The notes under the pieces are model-generated. The model was not told the origin of the DNA. It made no database searches and worked only from the letters and a program-made list of their open reading frames with translations. Made by a program: the position numbers and the translations under genes. A stretch of DNA of 45,400 nucleotides, taken from Promethearchaeota archaeon. Lineage in GTDB: Archaea; Asgardarchaeota; Lokiarchaeia; Sigyniarchaeales; SOKP01. This document shows positions 31,923-42,087 of the stretch, piece after piece; the first letter of the stretch is position 1, and each line of letters opens with the position of its first letter. The DNA is taken from assembly GCA_029838195.1 (NCBI GenBank), contig JALGVJ010000041.1:1-45400 (forward strand), written 5' to 3'.

Positions 31923-32728
31923 GGATGATGCAAGCTCTTTGTTTTGATATTAAATCACCGTTTGCTTCGTTTCGGAACCCAACAACGACGAGAGGGTTTC
32001 TTTCATTTCCGTTTCCTCCTAGAACGACACTAATGGGCCTTATTGGAGCAATTTTAGGTCTACCGAGGAATGAAATTTATTTGAATGATCATCCCTTAAA
32101 TGATATGGAAATTGCTTTAAAAGTATTAAATACACCTTTGACTATGAATTTTAGGACAAATCAACTCCAAACTGCTGAAGTTCTGACATTATATAAAAAA
32201 TTTAAAATTTTCTTACCTAAACTCTATATTAGAGGTAAATTATCTGCTGAACCTTCACCACAAAATCTAGTTTTACTTAAGGATGTTCATTATCGAGTAT
32301 TTATTAAAATCAAAAATCATCAACAAGAATTAATAGAGGAATTAGAGACTAAAATAAAAGAAAGAAAATATAGCTATCCTCCTTATTTAGGGCGGGCAAA
32401 TTACTTAGCATCTATTGATTTTATTGATAAAGTAAATTTAAAAGAATTAATAGTAGAAGATGAGTTGATTGACATTTCTACTTTATGTTCAGCTAAAGAC
32501 GTTAAAAATGTGGAATCAGGAAAATTTAGTATTATAACTAACGTACCCATGTCGTATATGACTGAAAAGATAAAAGGGGAACTCAAATTAGAACCAGGTT
32601 CATTGATAAGTATTATTTATTTTACGGAGAACATTAAAGTAATTCCAGCGAAAGAAATATATGAAATTACTTCTACTGAATGTGAGGATTTAAAAAACTT
32701 GAATATAATTTTCCTGTCTTATCAATAA
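31919..32728 (+). CDS. cas5: Type I-B Cas5
   Basis: FASFRNP, SFPFPPRTTLMGLIGAILG, YPPYLG. Confidence 0.95.
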   Translation: MRMMQALCFDIKSPFASFRNPTTTRGFLSFPFPPRTTLMGLIGAILGLPRNEIYLNDHPLNDMEIALKVLNTPLTMNFRTNQLQTAEVLTLYKKFKIFLPKLYIRGKLSAEPSPQNLVLLKDVHYRVFIKIKNHQQELIEELETKIKERKYSYPPYLGRANYLASIDFIDKVNLKELIVEDELIDISTLCSAKDVKNVESGKFSIITNVPMSYMTEKIKGELKLEPGSLISIIYFTENIKVIPAKEIYEITSTECEDLKNLNIIFLSYQ

Positions 32729-32819
32729 TTTTTATTTTTATCTTTAATAATTTTTAAGATCAACTATAAATTTCTTGAATTAACTGAAAATACCAATAAT
32801 TTAATGGTTTATTTATTAA

Positions 32820-33734
32820 ATGGTGGAAGAAATAAACACGGATTATATTGGTATTATTTTTCGGGATGATACAAGTTATGTTATTTTTAATTTTATAGAT
32901 CTTTGGCATTATTTAGAGTCTATATTTGAAGAAAATAACATTATAATTGAGAAGAATGAATTTGAAAATTTAAAGAAAGAAATTGTCTCTAATATTGATT
33001 CAAGTATTAAATGTTATTACGAGAATAGAGAATTTTATATAGTAAAAGATATCCTTGAGATAAAAACAATAGCATTATATTATGATGAGGATATAAATCT
33101 AGAGGATTATGAAGATGATCTTAGTGATTTTAATTTTGATGATTATTTGTTAGAAGATAATGGCCCAATAATTATTGATTATATTACTTGTTTTAATGAT
33201 AATGTCTTATATATTTATTCGAAAAAAAATAAGTACCAACCAATTGATGATGATTATAATCACTTAATAATTAAATTACCTTCTATTATTTCTTCGGAAT
33301 TTCAAATCCAAAATTATTGCCACATTTTTTGTAAATTAAGTATTTTATTTGTAATTTTTGAATATCTCATGAAGGATAATATGACCACACATATATATCA
33401 ACGATTTAATTTTAAGGACATGAAAATTAATACGATTCTGAAGCGCTTGAAGGGTAGCGTACAAATAAATAAAATTAATGATATAAAAACCGAAAAATCT
33501 CTATATTTTTCGGAAGATTATTCTCAATCGGATGTTTTTATTAATAAGTTATTAGTAAAAATATATAATATTCGTAATAAAATTTTTCATCAAGCTTATC
33601 CTAAAAATTTTACTCGACCTTCTAATTTCTCATATAAAGAGATTATAAAAATGTTTGAGATATTATGTAAAAATTATAAAGCATTTTTTGATTTTTTAGA
33701 AAAATGTGAAATGAGAGAAAATATTACAAATTAA
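32820..33734 (+). CDS. Hypothetical protein with a C-terminal HEPN-like domain
   Basis: 304-aa ORF between cas5 and cas3; IFEY...IRNKIFH (RxxxxH); acidic central tract. Confidence 0.6.
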   Translation: MVEEINTDYIGIIFRDDTSYVIFNFIDLWHYLESIFEENNIIIEKNEFENLKKEIVSNIDSSIKCYYENREFYIVKDILEIKTIALYYDEDINLEDYEDDLSDFNFDDYLLEDNGPIIIDYITCFNDNVLYIYSKKNKYQPIDDDYNHLIIKLPSIISSEFQIQNYCHIFCKLSILFVIFEYLMKDNMTTHIYQRFNFKDMKINTILKRLKGSVQINKINDIKTEKSLYFSEDYSQSDVFINKLLVKIYNIRNKIFHQAYPKNFTRPSNFSYKEIIKMFEILCKNYKAFFDFLEKCEMRENITN

Positions 33735-33777
33735 TTAGACTAAAGAATAAAGGAAATCATAAAAAAGGAAGAAAAGA

Positions 33778-36612
33778 ATGATTGAAATGCAAAATGCTGC
33801 AGATGTATTATTTAGAATTTTTGAAGACAATAATGAATATCCTAGCTTAGCAACCAAAAGATTGGAATGTGAACACCCAGAATTAATATATCATATCAAT
33901 AGGATGTTAGAAATATATTTTAAATTTAAAGATAAATTATGCCCGGCTAGTTCAAATGAGAATTTTCGATTTTTTCTTGACTTAATTATCAAGATCGCAA
34001 TAATTTTTCATGATTTGGGAAAATTGAATTGTTTTTTTCAATGGAAAATGGCAAGGAATACAAACAGGATTGAGGTGAATGCGGGAGAATTTATTGAAAT
34101 TAAGAAAACGTGGAGTTATCATACAGAATTATCCGCTCTGATGGCGTGGTGTTTCATTAATTATTTAAAAGGAAAAGTCGGCATTCTAAAACCTCAAGAT
34201 TCCAAGGACCTTGATGAAAAAATGAATATTTTAATTGAATATTTGGATATTATTATAGTTAATTCTATTTTAACACATCATTCTTCCTTAGGGAATATAG
34301 AAGATTTGAGTCGATTTAAAAACTTAAAGCAAAGCACCTATAAATCTTATTATTCAATTCTCGTAAGGTCTTATTTCATGTATATAAAGAAAAGCTTACC
34401 ACATTTGATTACTCACCTAACTAAAAAATGGCAAAATAATGAGAAGTTCTGTAACAAGAATCATGCATCTTTTAAAAGAAATTTCGATTTCTTAGAGAAT
34501 CTTATTAATTTTGTTAATGAATTTTCATATGCAATAAATTATTTAAGTGCAAATCCCTTAAAAATTTTGGAAGATTTTAAGGGCGCTTTAATAAGAGAAA
34601 AATTTGATAAAATATTAAAAAAAGAAAAGAAGGAAAGGAAAATTATTTTATTTTTCCTTATCATCCATCTCAGTTCTGTTTTAACACACCTTGATAAATG
34701 GGAAGCAACAACATCAAGAACGAATAATGATTATTTTAAAAGCTTAGAATTTGAATCTCCTTTAATAAATACTGATATTAGGGGAAATCCTATTAAGATA
34801 ATTTCAGAATACTTAATGATTAAGAAAAGTAAAAGAGAAGAACCGTACCCATTAGATGCCATACGCGACCTTTTTTCTGATCACATCATAAATGAAGCTC
34901 AACACATTGAATTAAATAAGATTTATACGCTTACAGCACCTTGTGGTATTGGTAAAACGTTAGCCCTCTTAAATCTTGCATTTAATTTAAGGAGGAAATT
35001 TTTTCAAAAATATCAGTATTATCCGAGAATCATTTATGCTCTGCCATTTATCTCTATCTGCGATCAATTAGAAAAAGAAATTCAACAAATCTTTAAATGT
35101 CAATCTCAAACTAATATTTTAACCATTCATCATTATTTATCAGATTTAGACAAAAACACCTCTTTACAAGATGAGGAGGAGTATGTACCAATCCAAGATT
35201 TTAAAACGCTAAATACCTATGAAATAAAGAATTGGTTCTCAGAAATTATCGTAACTACGACCATTAAACTTTTTAACACCTTATTTACCTTTAATAAAAA
35301 AAATCTCATGAGATTTCATAAATTAGCGAATACAATAATTATAATTGATGAATATCATAGTATTCCTAAAAAATATCACGAATTAGTGAGGTGTTGTTTA
35401 TTACTTTTAACACGATTGTTTAATATGACTTTCATATTAGCAACTGCTACTACAGCAGGTTTATTTTTAGAAAAAGATCCATTAATTGAGCTGACATCTG
35501 GTATTTCTGAGAAATTTAATCCTATTAATCGTTATAAATTAAGATTCCATAATTCCAAAAAGATTTCTGATGGAAAGATACAATTTTGTAATGAAATTGG
35601 TTTAGAGGAGGCAAAAGAATTTTGTAGAAAAAGTTGTGAACAAAATCTCGATAAAAGTATTATGATTGTAATGAATACCCGAAAAAATGCGAAAGAAATA
35701 TATGATTACTTGGTTAATCAATGTAATCTTAATAGACCCATTTGCCATCTCTCAGCTAATTTAATTCCTTATCATCGAAAAAAAATTTTAGAAAAAATAG
35801 AGAAAATATTAAATAATTCTTCAAAAAAGAGAGAAGAGAATATAAAAACAAATATCGTTTTGGTCACTACTCAATTAATAGAAGCGGGAATTGATATTAG
35901 TTTTCAAAAAATCATTAGAGACTTAGGACCTCTTTATTCCATAGTACAAGTGGCTGGACGGTGCAATAGAAACATGGAAATAAAAGATATTGATAAGCTT
36001 CCTATTATTGACATTATAAATATTGAAAACAGTTTTAATAAGGTGTATGACCCTATTGATATTGATTCCGTTAAGATATTTCTCGAAAAACTACAAACAA
36101 AATATCATGATGAGTCAATAATGAAACATCCCGAATCAAAACCATCCGATCCTATGCTATCTCAAGGAACTTATATCGAAATTAATGAAAAACAAGTAAG
36201 AGAACAATTTATTGAATATCCTAAGATATTAAATGATAGAAAAATTCGAGAAGATGATTGCTATGAAAATGTTCTAAAAATGAATTTTAAACATCTTACT
36301 AAGAATTTCAAATTAATTAAAGAATTAGTGGACATTCCCATTATAGTGATTCCTGCATTTAAAAATTCTACGGATCCTATGATAAAGGAAATTCCTAAAT
36401 TAATCACTGATTTAAAGCAAGAACGGAGAAATGATTTTCCAAGAAAGCTTTATTCGTTTATGACAGATATTTATAAGAGCCAAAAAAGCAAAATTAAAAC
36501 TCCGCCTTTTGAACGAATTACAAATAATGGAATGGAATATTATATCCTTGATTTAAATAATCCCGCTGCTAAAAAATATTATGATAAAAAATTGGGACTT
36601 ATAATAGAATAA
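33778..36612 (+). CDS. cas3: Cas3 HD nuclease-helicase
   Basis: HDLGK, HH, TAPCGIGKT, DEYH, ATAT, TTQLIEAGIDI, QVAGRCNR. Confidence 0.97.
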   Translation: MIEMQNAADVLFRIFEDNNEYPSLATKRLECEHPELIYHINRMLEIYFKFKDKLCPASSNENFRFFLDLIIKIAIIFHDLGKLNCFFQWKMARNTNRIEVNAGEFIEIKKTWSYHTELSALMAWCFINYLKGKVGILKPQDSKDLDEKMNILIEYLDIIIVNSILTHHSSLGNIEDLSRFKNLKQSTYKSYYSILVRSYFMYIKKSLPHLITHLTKKWQNNEKFCNKNHASFKRNFDFLENLINFVNEFSYAINYLSANPLKILEDFKGALIREKFDKILKKEKKERKIILFFLIIHLSSVLTHLDKWEATTSRTNNDYFKSLEFESPLINTDIRGNPIKIISEYLMIKKSKREEPYPLDAIRDLFSDHIINEAQHIELNKIYTLTAPCGIGKTLALLNLAFNLRRKFFQKYQYYPRIIYALPFISICDQLEKEIQQIFKCQSQTNILTIHHYLSDLDKNTSLQDEEEYVPIQDFKTLNTYEIKNWFSEIIVTTTIKLFNTLFTFNKKNLMRFHKLANTIIIIDEYHSIPKKYHELVRCCLLLLTRLFNMTFILATATTAGLFLEKDPLIELTSGISEKFNPINRYKLRFHNSKKISDGKIQFCNEIGLEEAKEFCRKSCEQNLDKSIMIVMNTRKNAKEIYDYLVNQCNLNRPICHLSANLIPYHRKKILEKIEKILNNSSKKREENIKTNIVLVTTQLIEAGIDISFQKIIRDLGPLYSIVQVAGRCNRNMEIKDIDKLPIIDIINIENSFNKVYDPIDIDSVKIFLEKLQTKYHDESIMKHPESKPSDPMLSQGTYIEINEKQVREQFIEYPKILNDRKIREDDCYENVLKMNFKHLTKNFKLIKELVDIPIIVIPAFKNSTDPMIKEIPKLITDLKQERRNDFPRKLYSFMTDIYKSQKSKIKTPPFERITNNGMEYYILDLNNPAAKKYYDKKLGLIIE

Positions 36613-36630
36613 GTATCCTTGGATAAAGTG

Positions 36631-37458
36631 TTATATTAAATATTTAAAAATTTCCAAAATTATTTTTCCTCTCTCCGTAATATATATTTTTTTATTTCTT
36701 TTTTCCTTAGAAATGCTAATATAACCAAGAAGTTGTTCCAAAGGTTGTAAAAGGGATTGATTGATTTTCATGTAATAGCTTGCACGACGTTTTCTTGGGT
36801 CGGCGTGTTTTTTTTCGAGTTTCAGAATATTTTTTTCGATTAATAAATCGATTAAATTTTTCTTATAGATAAACTTTTGAGGAGGTAAAGTAATTTTATC
36901 CTTATATTTCTCATGGATGGCTTCTTCAATGATCTTGAGTGTTTTGATAAATAATTCTTTGGGTTTTTGTAAGGGGAATAAGTTAGGTTCAATTATTATC
37001 ATTTGCCCTTCATGACGGGGGCCTTCTGGAGTAGGAGAATATTTAGTGGAAAAAACATAAATAATCTTACAATTCCATAATCTTGCTGCCTCAGCGGCGG
37101 CTAATGCCGTTATATTAGAGCCCGTTCCAGCGTTCATGATGATTTCGCAATTTGAATTTAGGGCTCGCTCTTTTTTAATGATTTTAGATAATTCTTGTAA
37201 AATCTCAATGTAATCCGTGTAGTCAAGGGGATTCTGGATAATTTCTAGGGAAGGGAGCTTTTCCTTTAAAATCTTACAATTTTTATGAAAAAAATCCATG
37301 TGTTCATCAGTTTGTCCCGTAGCTTTAATATTGGCTGTAAAATAATAGAATTTTTGAGGAGGGTTATTTAAAATGGGTGCAATAATCCGTTTATCTTCTT
37401 TACAATTAAAAGCGATGTGAATTTTTTCTGAAATGGCATTGGGATTTAATGTGGTCAT
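36631..37458 (-). CDS. CARF-wHTH transcriptional regulator (DUF6293/Csa3-like)
   Basis: KIHIAF...DKRIIAP, NAGTGS, C-terminal LLQPL...YITERGK winged helix. Confidence 0.8.
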   Translation of the reverse strand: MTTLNPNAISEKIHIAFNCKEDKRIIAPILNNPPQKFYYFTANIKATGQTDEHMDFFHKNCKILKEKLPSLEIIQNPLDYTDYIEILQELSKIIKKERALNSNCEIIMNAGTGSNITALAAAEAARLWNCKIIYVFSTKYSPTPEGPRHEGQMIIIEPNLFPLQKPKELFIKTLKIIEEAIHEKYKDKITLPPQKFIYKKNLIDLLIEKNILKLEKKHADPRKRRASYYMKINQSLLQPLEQLLGYISISKEKRNKKIYITERGKIILEIFKYLI

Positions 37459-37642
37459 GGTTCCGATATTTTATCGCAAGGAAGGAATTTTTAATAATTT
37501 TGTCTATAAATTATATTGATAATAAAATTTAAATGAGAGAGAAAAATTAAATTTAAAGGATAAAGTGCAAGTATGAAAAAAATTAATTATGAAATAAAAT
37601 CGATGGTTAATTCATAGATCAAAAAGACAAAAAAAAATAGGT

Positions 37643-38506
37643 GTGTTTATCACGATTGTTCTTACCTTTGAATTATATCCTGAAAATGGGCACATACGTC
37701 CTTATGAAGTGCCTTTTGGATATGTTTTTAGGGGCGTGCTCATGAAATGGTTGAGCGATTGCAAGCCCGAATTAGTACATGAACTTCATGCGCATGAGCA
37801 AATCCGCCCTTATTCCATTAATTTTTTCATTTACCGCAAAATTCCAAAAATCGAGTTCAAGCTCATCACGTATCATGACTTGATTAGTGAGGTGCTTTTA
37901 AAGGATCTCATCTCAAATAATAAGTCGAAATTGTACATGGGAGAAAAATGTTATATTTTGTCTCAAATAGGATTTGAGCGCATTGACATTTCACAATTGT
38001 TGCTTTCCACACAGCCGGTAAAGGCGTTTTCCATTCGGTTCGTAACCCCAGTTTACTTTAATACAAGTTTGGGAGAATATCCCGTTCGGTTTCCCCTTCC
38101 CTCTCTTTTTTTCGGCAACTTGGCTAATATCTGGAACGCTATTAATAGCAAAGTTGCGGAAATTAATCGGGATGAATTAATAAATTGGATCAATGCCCAT
38201 GTCTATATTAGTTATTATAAAATGAAAACGGTTCAAAGAGACATAGGAAAACCAGAAAAAGTAAGTGGAGGATTAGGATCTGCTTCTTTTAATGTGCAAA
38301 AAGTTAATAAAAAATATTATGAAAAATTATTAGAGAATCAAGAATATTCATCGGAGAACTTTTCCATTCAAGAACATTATTTAGATAAGTGTCGCTGGTT
38401 AGACGCCTTATGCAAATTAGGACAATATACGAATGTAGGAGCAAATCGCACGGCAGGACTTGGAGTCATTAATTATTATCCAAGGGAATATTTTAAGGAG
38501 GTTTAA
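37643..38506 (+). CDS. cas6: Cas6 endoribonuclease (copy 2)
   Basis: Clear paralog of 24391..25173; GANRTAGLG loop. Confidence 0.93.
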   Translation: MFITIVLTFELYPENGHIRPYEVPFGYVFRGVLMKWLSDCKPELVHELHAHEQIRPYSINFFIYRKIPKIEFKLITYHDLISEVLLKDLISNNKSKLYMGEKCYILSQIGFERIDISQLLLSTQPVKAFSIRFVTPVYFNTSLGEYPVRFPLPSLFFGNLANIWNAINSKVAEINRDELINWINAHVYISYYKMKTVQRDIGKPEKVSGGLGSASFNVQKVNKKYYEKLLENQEYSSENFSIQEHYLDKCRWLDALCKLGQYTNVGANRTAGLGVINYYPREYFKEV

Positions 38507-38580
38507 TGATGATGGAGTGCTTTAAGTTGCTTTCATGCTAGAAGCGGACTTTTAAAAGGTAATTCTCATGTTTGTCATTA

Positions 38581-39759
38581 TTACGTCCAATAGGGTGTTT
38601 TTAAGAAATTTATTGATTCCAGCCGATCTAAATTCATGTTGGTAAGCGCATGAGAAATTTTCTCAATTTCTCCATGTTCTAAATAAAGTTCTTTAGGATT
38701 GGATTCTAATATACTGGTAATAATTCCTTTAAAATCGGCATGGTCGCTTAAAGGCAGGTAAATATCAGCGGGATTTTCCTTTCGATATGACTCAAAAAGA
38801 ACTCTTCCTGAGGGTACAATGATAAGGGATTCGGGGGTAGCTAATTCATTATAAGGACTTTTATTTATTGCGTGAGGAGGAATGATGAGAACATGATTTC
38901 TCTCTTCTTTCAATTTTCTTTTACCATAGTGTTTATAAGGAGCCCAGTTTGGTAAGGCTCGGCCATTCTTTTCAAGGATTCTAGCGATTGCGGCTATGTC
39001 CCGATCTAAAATGATTTCTTCCTCACATTGGAGCATTTCATGAATGACTTGTGCTTTTCCAAAAATAGTACAGGGAATGATGATTAGTTTACCCAAATCC
39101 AAGTTTTCTTGAACGATTTTATTTAAAAATTTGCGCAGTTCGGCAACGGATGGAAACGAAATCGACGGATCACCGTAAGTGCATTCCGTAATTAAATAAT
39201 CACAAGGAATGGGATTAAAACACCTTATACAAACCACTTTCTCCGAAGAACAGCGTTTTTCTGTGATAAAATCTCCAGTATAAAGAATCTTTTCCTCAGC
39301 CTCAATCATTAAGCCTATAGAGCCCGGCGCATGTCCATTATCAAAAATTGTAAATTTCATGCCTTTATATTCCATAGATTGAGGAAGTTGAGGGGTTTTT
39401 CCCATTAACCATGCGTGCTCTGGAATGATCAATTGATTATTCGTTCTTAATTCTGCAATATCTTTTGAAATTTTCGTACAAATAAATTTAACATCGATTT
39501 TATTCATCCTGATTTTTTCAAGAATTTCCAGAGGTACCCGGGGAATGTGGTCCATGTGCGCATGGGAAATGAAAATGAGCTCGGCTTTGGGAATCCAACA
39601 ATCTAAAGCAATGAAAGTGTTCTTAACTTTTATGAATAAACCATTATTTTTGGTATTTCCTATAATGATATTCGCATTCTTATTTTTAATTCTTTTTTCT
39701 TGCCATTTTTTTATTTCGAAAACATGGTTTTGAAACATTTTCAAGTACCTCTTGGTCAA
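38581..39759 (-). CDS. Metallo-beta-lactamase/beta-CASP nuclease
   Basis: SHAHMDH, GHAPGS, YTGDF, TECTYG, SDHADF, HG motifs all present; 34 nt downstream of cas4. Confidence 0.88.
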   Translation of the reverse strand: MTKRYLKMFQNHVFEIKKWQEKRIKNKNANIIIGNTKNNGLFIKVKNTFIALDCWIPKAELIFISHAHMDHIPRVPLEILEKIRMNKIDVKFICTKISKDIAELRTNNQLIIPEHAWLMGKTPQLPQSMEYKGMKFTIFDNGHAPGSIGLMIEAEEKILYTGDFITEKRCSSEKVVCIRCFNPIPCDYLITECTYGDPSISFPSVAELRKFLNKIVQENLDLGKLIIIPCTIFGKAQVIHEMLQCEEEIILDRDIAAIARILEKNGRALPNWAPYKHYGKRKLKEERNHVLIIPPHAINKSPYNELATPESLIIVPSGRVLFESYRKENPADIYLPLSDHADFKGIITSILESNPKELYLEHGEIEKISHALTNMNLDRLESINFLKTPYWT

Positions 39760-39793
39760 GATTGTATTTCCTTTCCCTCTTACGAGTTTTTTA

Positions 39794-40459
39794 TCAAACT
39801 CTCAAACAATAATTCCGACATTCACAATCCGAACATTTTTTCTCCTCCTTGATGGGATCTGGCATGATTTCTGATTCAAGCATGGCTTTAATTTCCCGAA
39901 GGATCTGCATGACCCGTAATCTCTCTTCCACATCGATATAATAATCCACAAATTTGTCGTACTTAATATAATACACGCGCACTCTATTCACCAAAAAATC
40001 AAAATTTTTTTCTATCAATATTGCTTGAGCTATAGCCTGATATTTGTCGGGATTATCCAGTCCCTCAGAAGGCATGTTTCCCGTTTTAAACTCTACCGGA
40101 TATGCCTCTTTTCCATCATATTCAAAAAAATCAATTAATCCCACCAAACCTAATTCAGGATCATTTAAATAAACATTATAATAGCGATGAGCATACTTCT
40201 CGCTGAAATTTTTCTTGTTTTTAATTTTCTCGATATGCTCATGCTTTTCTTTTCCAAATTCCATTTTATAAGTCGGGGGCATGGGTGCTCTAAGAACATA
40301 TCGAAAATATAGCTTTCTTTTACAATAGAGATATTGCCGAATATCTTCCGTCCCAATGAAAGGGGTGGCGTATAAATATACATTAGGATTCGTATCTCTC
40401 AGTTGCCGCAACTGGTATTCACTCATCTTGTATTTCTTATAAGGTTCTTTTTCCTTCAC
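39794..40459 (-). CDS. cas4: Cas4
   Basis: QYLYCKRK, GLID, PVEFK, CSDCECRNYC Fe-S cysteines. Confidence 0.95.
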   Translation of the reverse strand: MKEKEPYKKYKMSEYQLRQLRDTNPNVYLYATPFIGTEDIRQYLYCKRKLYFRYVLRAPMPPTYKMEFGKEKHEHIEKIKNKKNFSEKYAHRYYNVYLNDPELGLVGLIDFFEYDGKEAYPVEFKTGNMPSEGLDNPDKYQAIAQAILIEKNFDFLVNRVRVYYIKYDKFVDYYIDVEERLRVMQILREIKAMLESEIMPDPIKEEKKCSDCECRNYCLRV

Positions 40460-40503
40460 TCATGGACTCCCTCCAATTTTTTCTATATTTTAACATGAAC
40501 TCT

Positions 40504-40797
40504 TCACATGGAAAGAATATCCTCAATGATTTTATAGCCATCTGCAAATTTCGATTTCACCGTAATGACATTTTGATGACATGAATTGCATACAGGAATA
40601 ACGCGTACATCTGCCTCAATTTTTTTTACCACCCTATCTAATCTCATGGCGATCTCCTCGGCTTTACTCCTCGTTAATTCTCCGTAAAATACGGAATAAT
40701 TTAATCGAACCATGCCGTAAGATAATAAAAGATCGGAAATCTTTTTCCGAACGGGGTCATGTTCCACGGGAATATCGTATATTATTAAATATCGCAT
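40504..40797 (-). CDS. cas2: Cas2
   Basis: YLIIYDI, YSVFYGEL, PVCNSC. Confidence 0.96.
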   Translation of the reverse strand: MRYLIIYDIPVEHDPVRKKISDLLLSYGMVRLNYSVFYGELTRSKAEEIAMRLDRVVKKIEADVRVIPVCNSCHQNVITVKSKFADGYKIIEDILSM

Positions 40798-40884
40798 GTA
40801 CTCACTTCCGTTTTTATTTTTTTTATTTTACTTTCTTGACCTTTTTTTCACGTTTTAATTACAATTCTATTTAGATTTAATTGA

Positions 40885-41976
40885 TTACCAATTCATTATA
40901 AACGGCTCGTACTGCTTGGTTTTCCCCAGCAAGAAATTTGCTACTTTTCTCGCTTGACGAATCATCTGCGCTTTATAATTTATTTTTACCTTTTTCTTCT
41001 GCTTTGAGGAGGAGGGAGACGCATGCTTCTTTTCTCCAAAAATTTCTTGAGCTTGAGAACCCCCAAAAACCTCTTCTTTTAGTTTCTGATAAAAAATCCC
41101 CTTTTTCTCCTTTTTAAGATTATATCCTTGAAAAGACGATTCAAAATCTTCCGGTTTAATTACCTCTTTAAAAATCAGTTTCGCAACTAAACGATCTACA
41201 ACGGGTTGCCTAAATTCTTCTAAAAGATCTAAAGCTAAAGAAGGCTTGCCCGAACGATCGCTGTGCAAATATCCTCCATACAATTCCAATCCCGCCGCTG
41301 CTATTGCCGTTGTCACGTATCCTTGAAGGACAGTATATCCTAACGATAATAAAGAATTAACGGGATCCCGCGGAGGACGGCGCGTTCTCCTTAAAACCTT
41401 GAATCCATCGGGAAACAAATTCCCGTAATTTAGAAAATAAATCGCCGTCGATTTACCTTCCATGCCCATTAAGATGCTCCTTACCTCACTTATCCGCTTT
41501 CCTTTCATTTCATGACGTGAAAACGTCATTAATTTCTCCTCAATTTTTCCTATTTTTTTTGCGGCGGCCCGCAACATGCGATATTTACCCGGATTAGACT
41601 CTCTCCTATTTTTCGCAAAATACAACAATAACCTGCGCTTGTTCTCTATCGTTGAATACACAAATCGAGACGCCAAATGGCAACCCCGCCAATCTTCATA
41701 AGCAAGAATTTGCTGCCGCCGCGTGTGAATGGTCCCCAAATTAACAAAAGGCGTGTAAATGCCAAAAGGCTTCCCCATTGACGTGTAGATAATGTTAATC
41801 GCATGATATGATAATGCATGTAATGCCTGCGTGGATATTTGAATCCCTTGGTTCACGATCAAGCTCTCTATTTCTCTCAATGGGACAAGAATTGGTTTAT
41901 TATTTGGAACCGTGAGCTTTAACATTTCTTTTTCCTTTCCAACTCTCGTACCTGGCGTTTCTAATATCACGTCCAA
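40885..41976 (-). CDS. cas1: Cas1
   Basis: MGMEG, RRPPRDPVNSLLSLGY, GYLH, SLALDLLEEFRQPVVD; TTG start after AGGTGG. Confidence 0.97.
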   Translation of the reverse strand: MDVILETPGTRVGKEKEMLKLTVPNNKPILVPLREIESLIVNQGIQISTQALHALSYHAINIIYTSMGKPFGIYTPFVNLGTIHTRRQQILAYEDWRGCHLASRFVYSTIENKRRLLLYFAKNRRESNPGKYRMLRAAAKKIGKIEEKLMTFSRHEMKGKRISEVRSILMGMEGKSTAIYFLNYGNLFPDGFKVLRRTRRPPRDPVNSLLSLGYTVLQGYVTTAIAAAGLELYGGYLHSDRSGKPSLALDLLEEFRQPVVDRLVAKLIFKEVIKPEDFESSFQGYNLKKEKKGIFYQKLKEEVFGGSQAQEIFGEKKHASPSSSKQKKKVKINYKAQMIRQARKVANFLLGKTKQYEPFIMNW

Positions 41977-42087
41977 TCCAAATCCACCTTATCCTTTCTT
42001 TTCCAATTCATTCAATTTCCAAAGGGCTCCTTTTGCCCGTATTAATTTTTTTAATTTTTTTAATTTTTTTTCGTTAAACATGTCTTT

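Noticed and set aside
37473-37500. TCGCAAGGAA near the regulator start as a degenerate repeat or CreA-like mini-array
   Set aside because: Only ~10 nt of similarity; no hairpin, ATTGAAA end or second repeat
38581-39759. beta-CASP gene as type VII Cas14
   Set aside because: Lacks a C-terminal Cas10-like extension and has no dedicated cas7/cas5 neighbours
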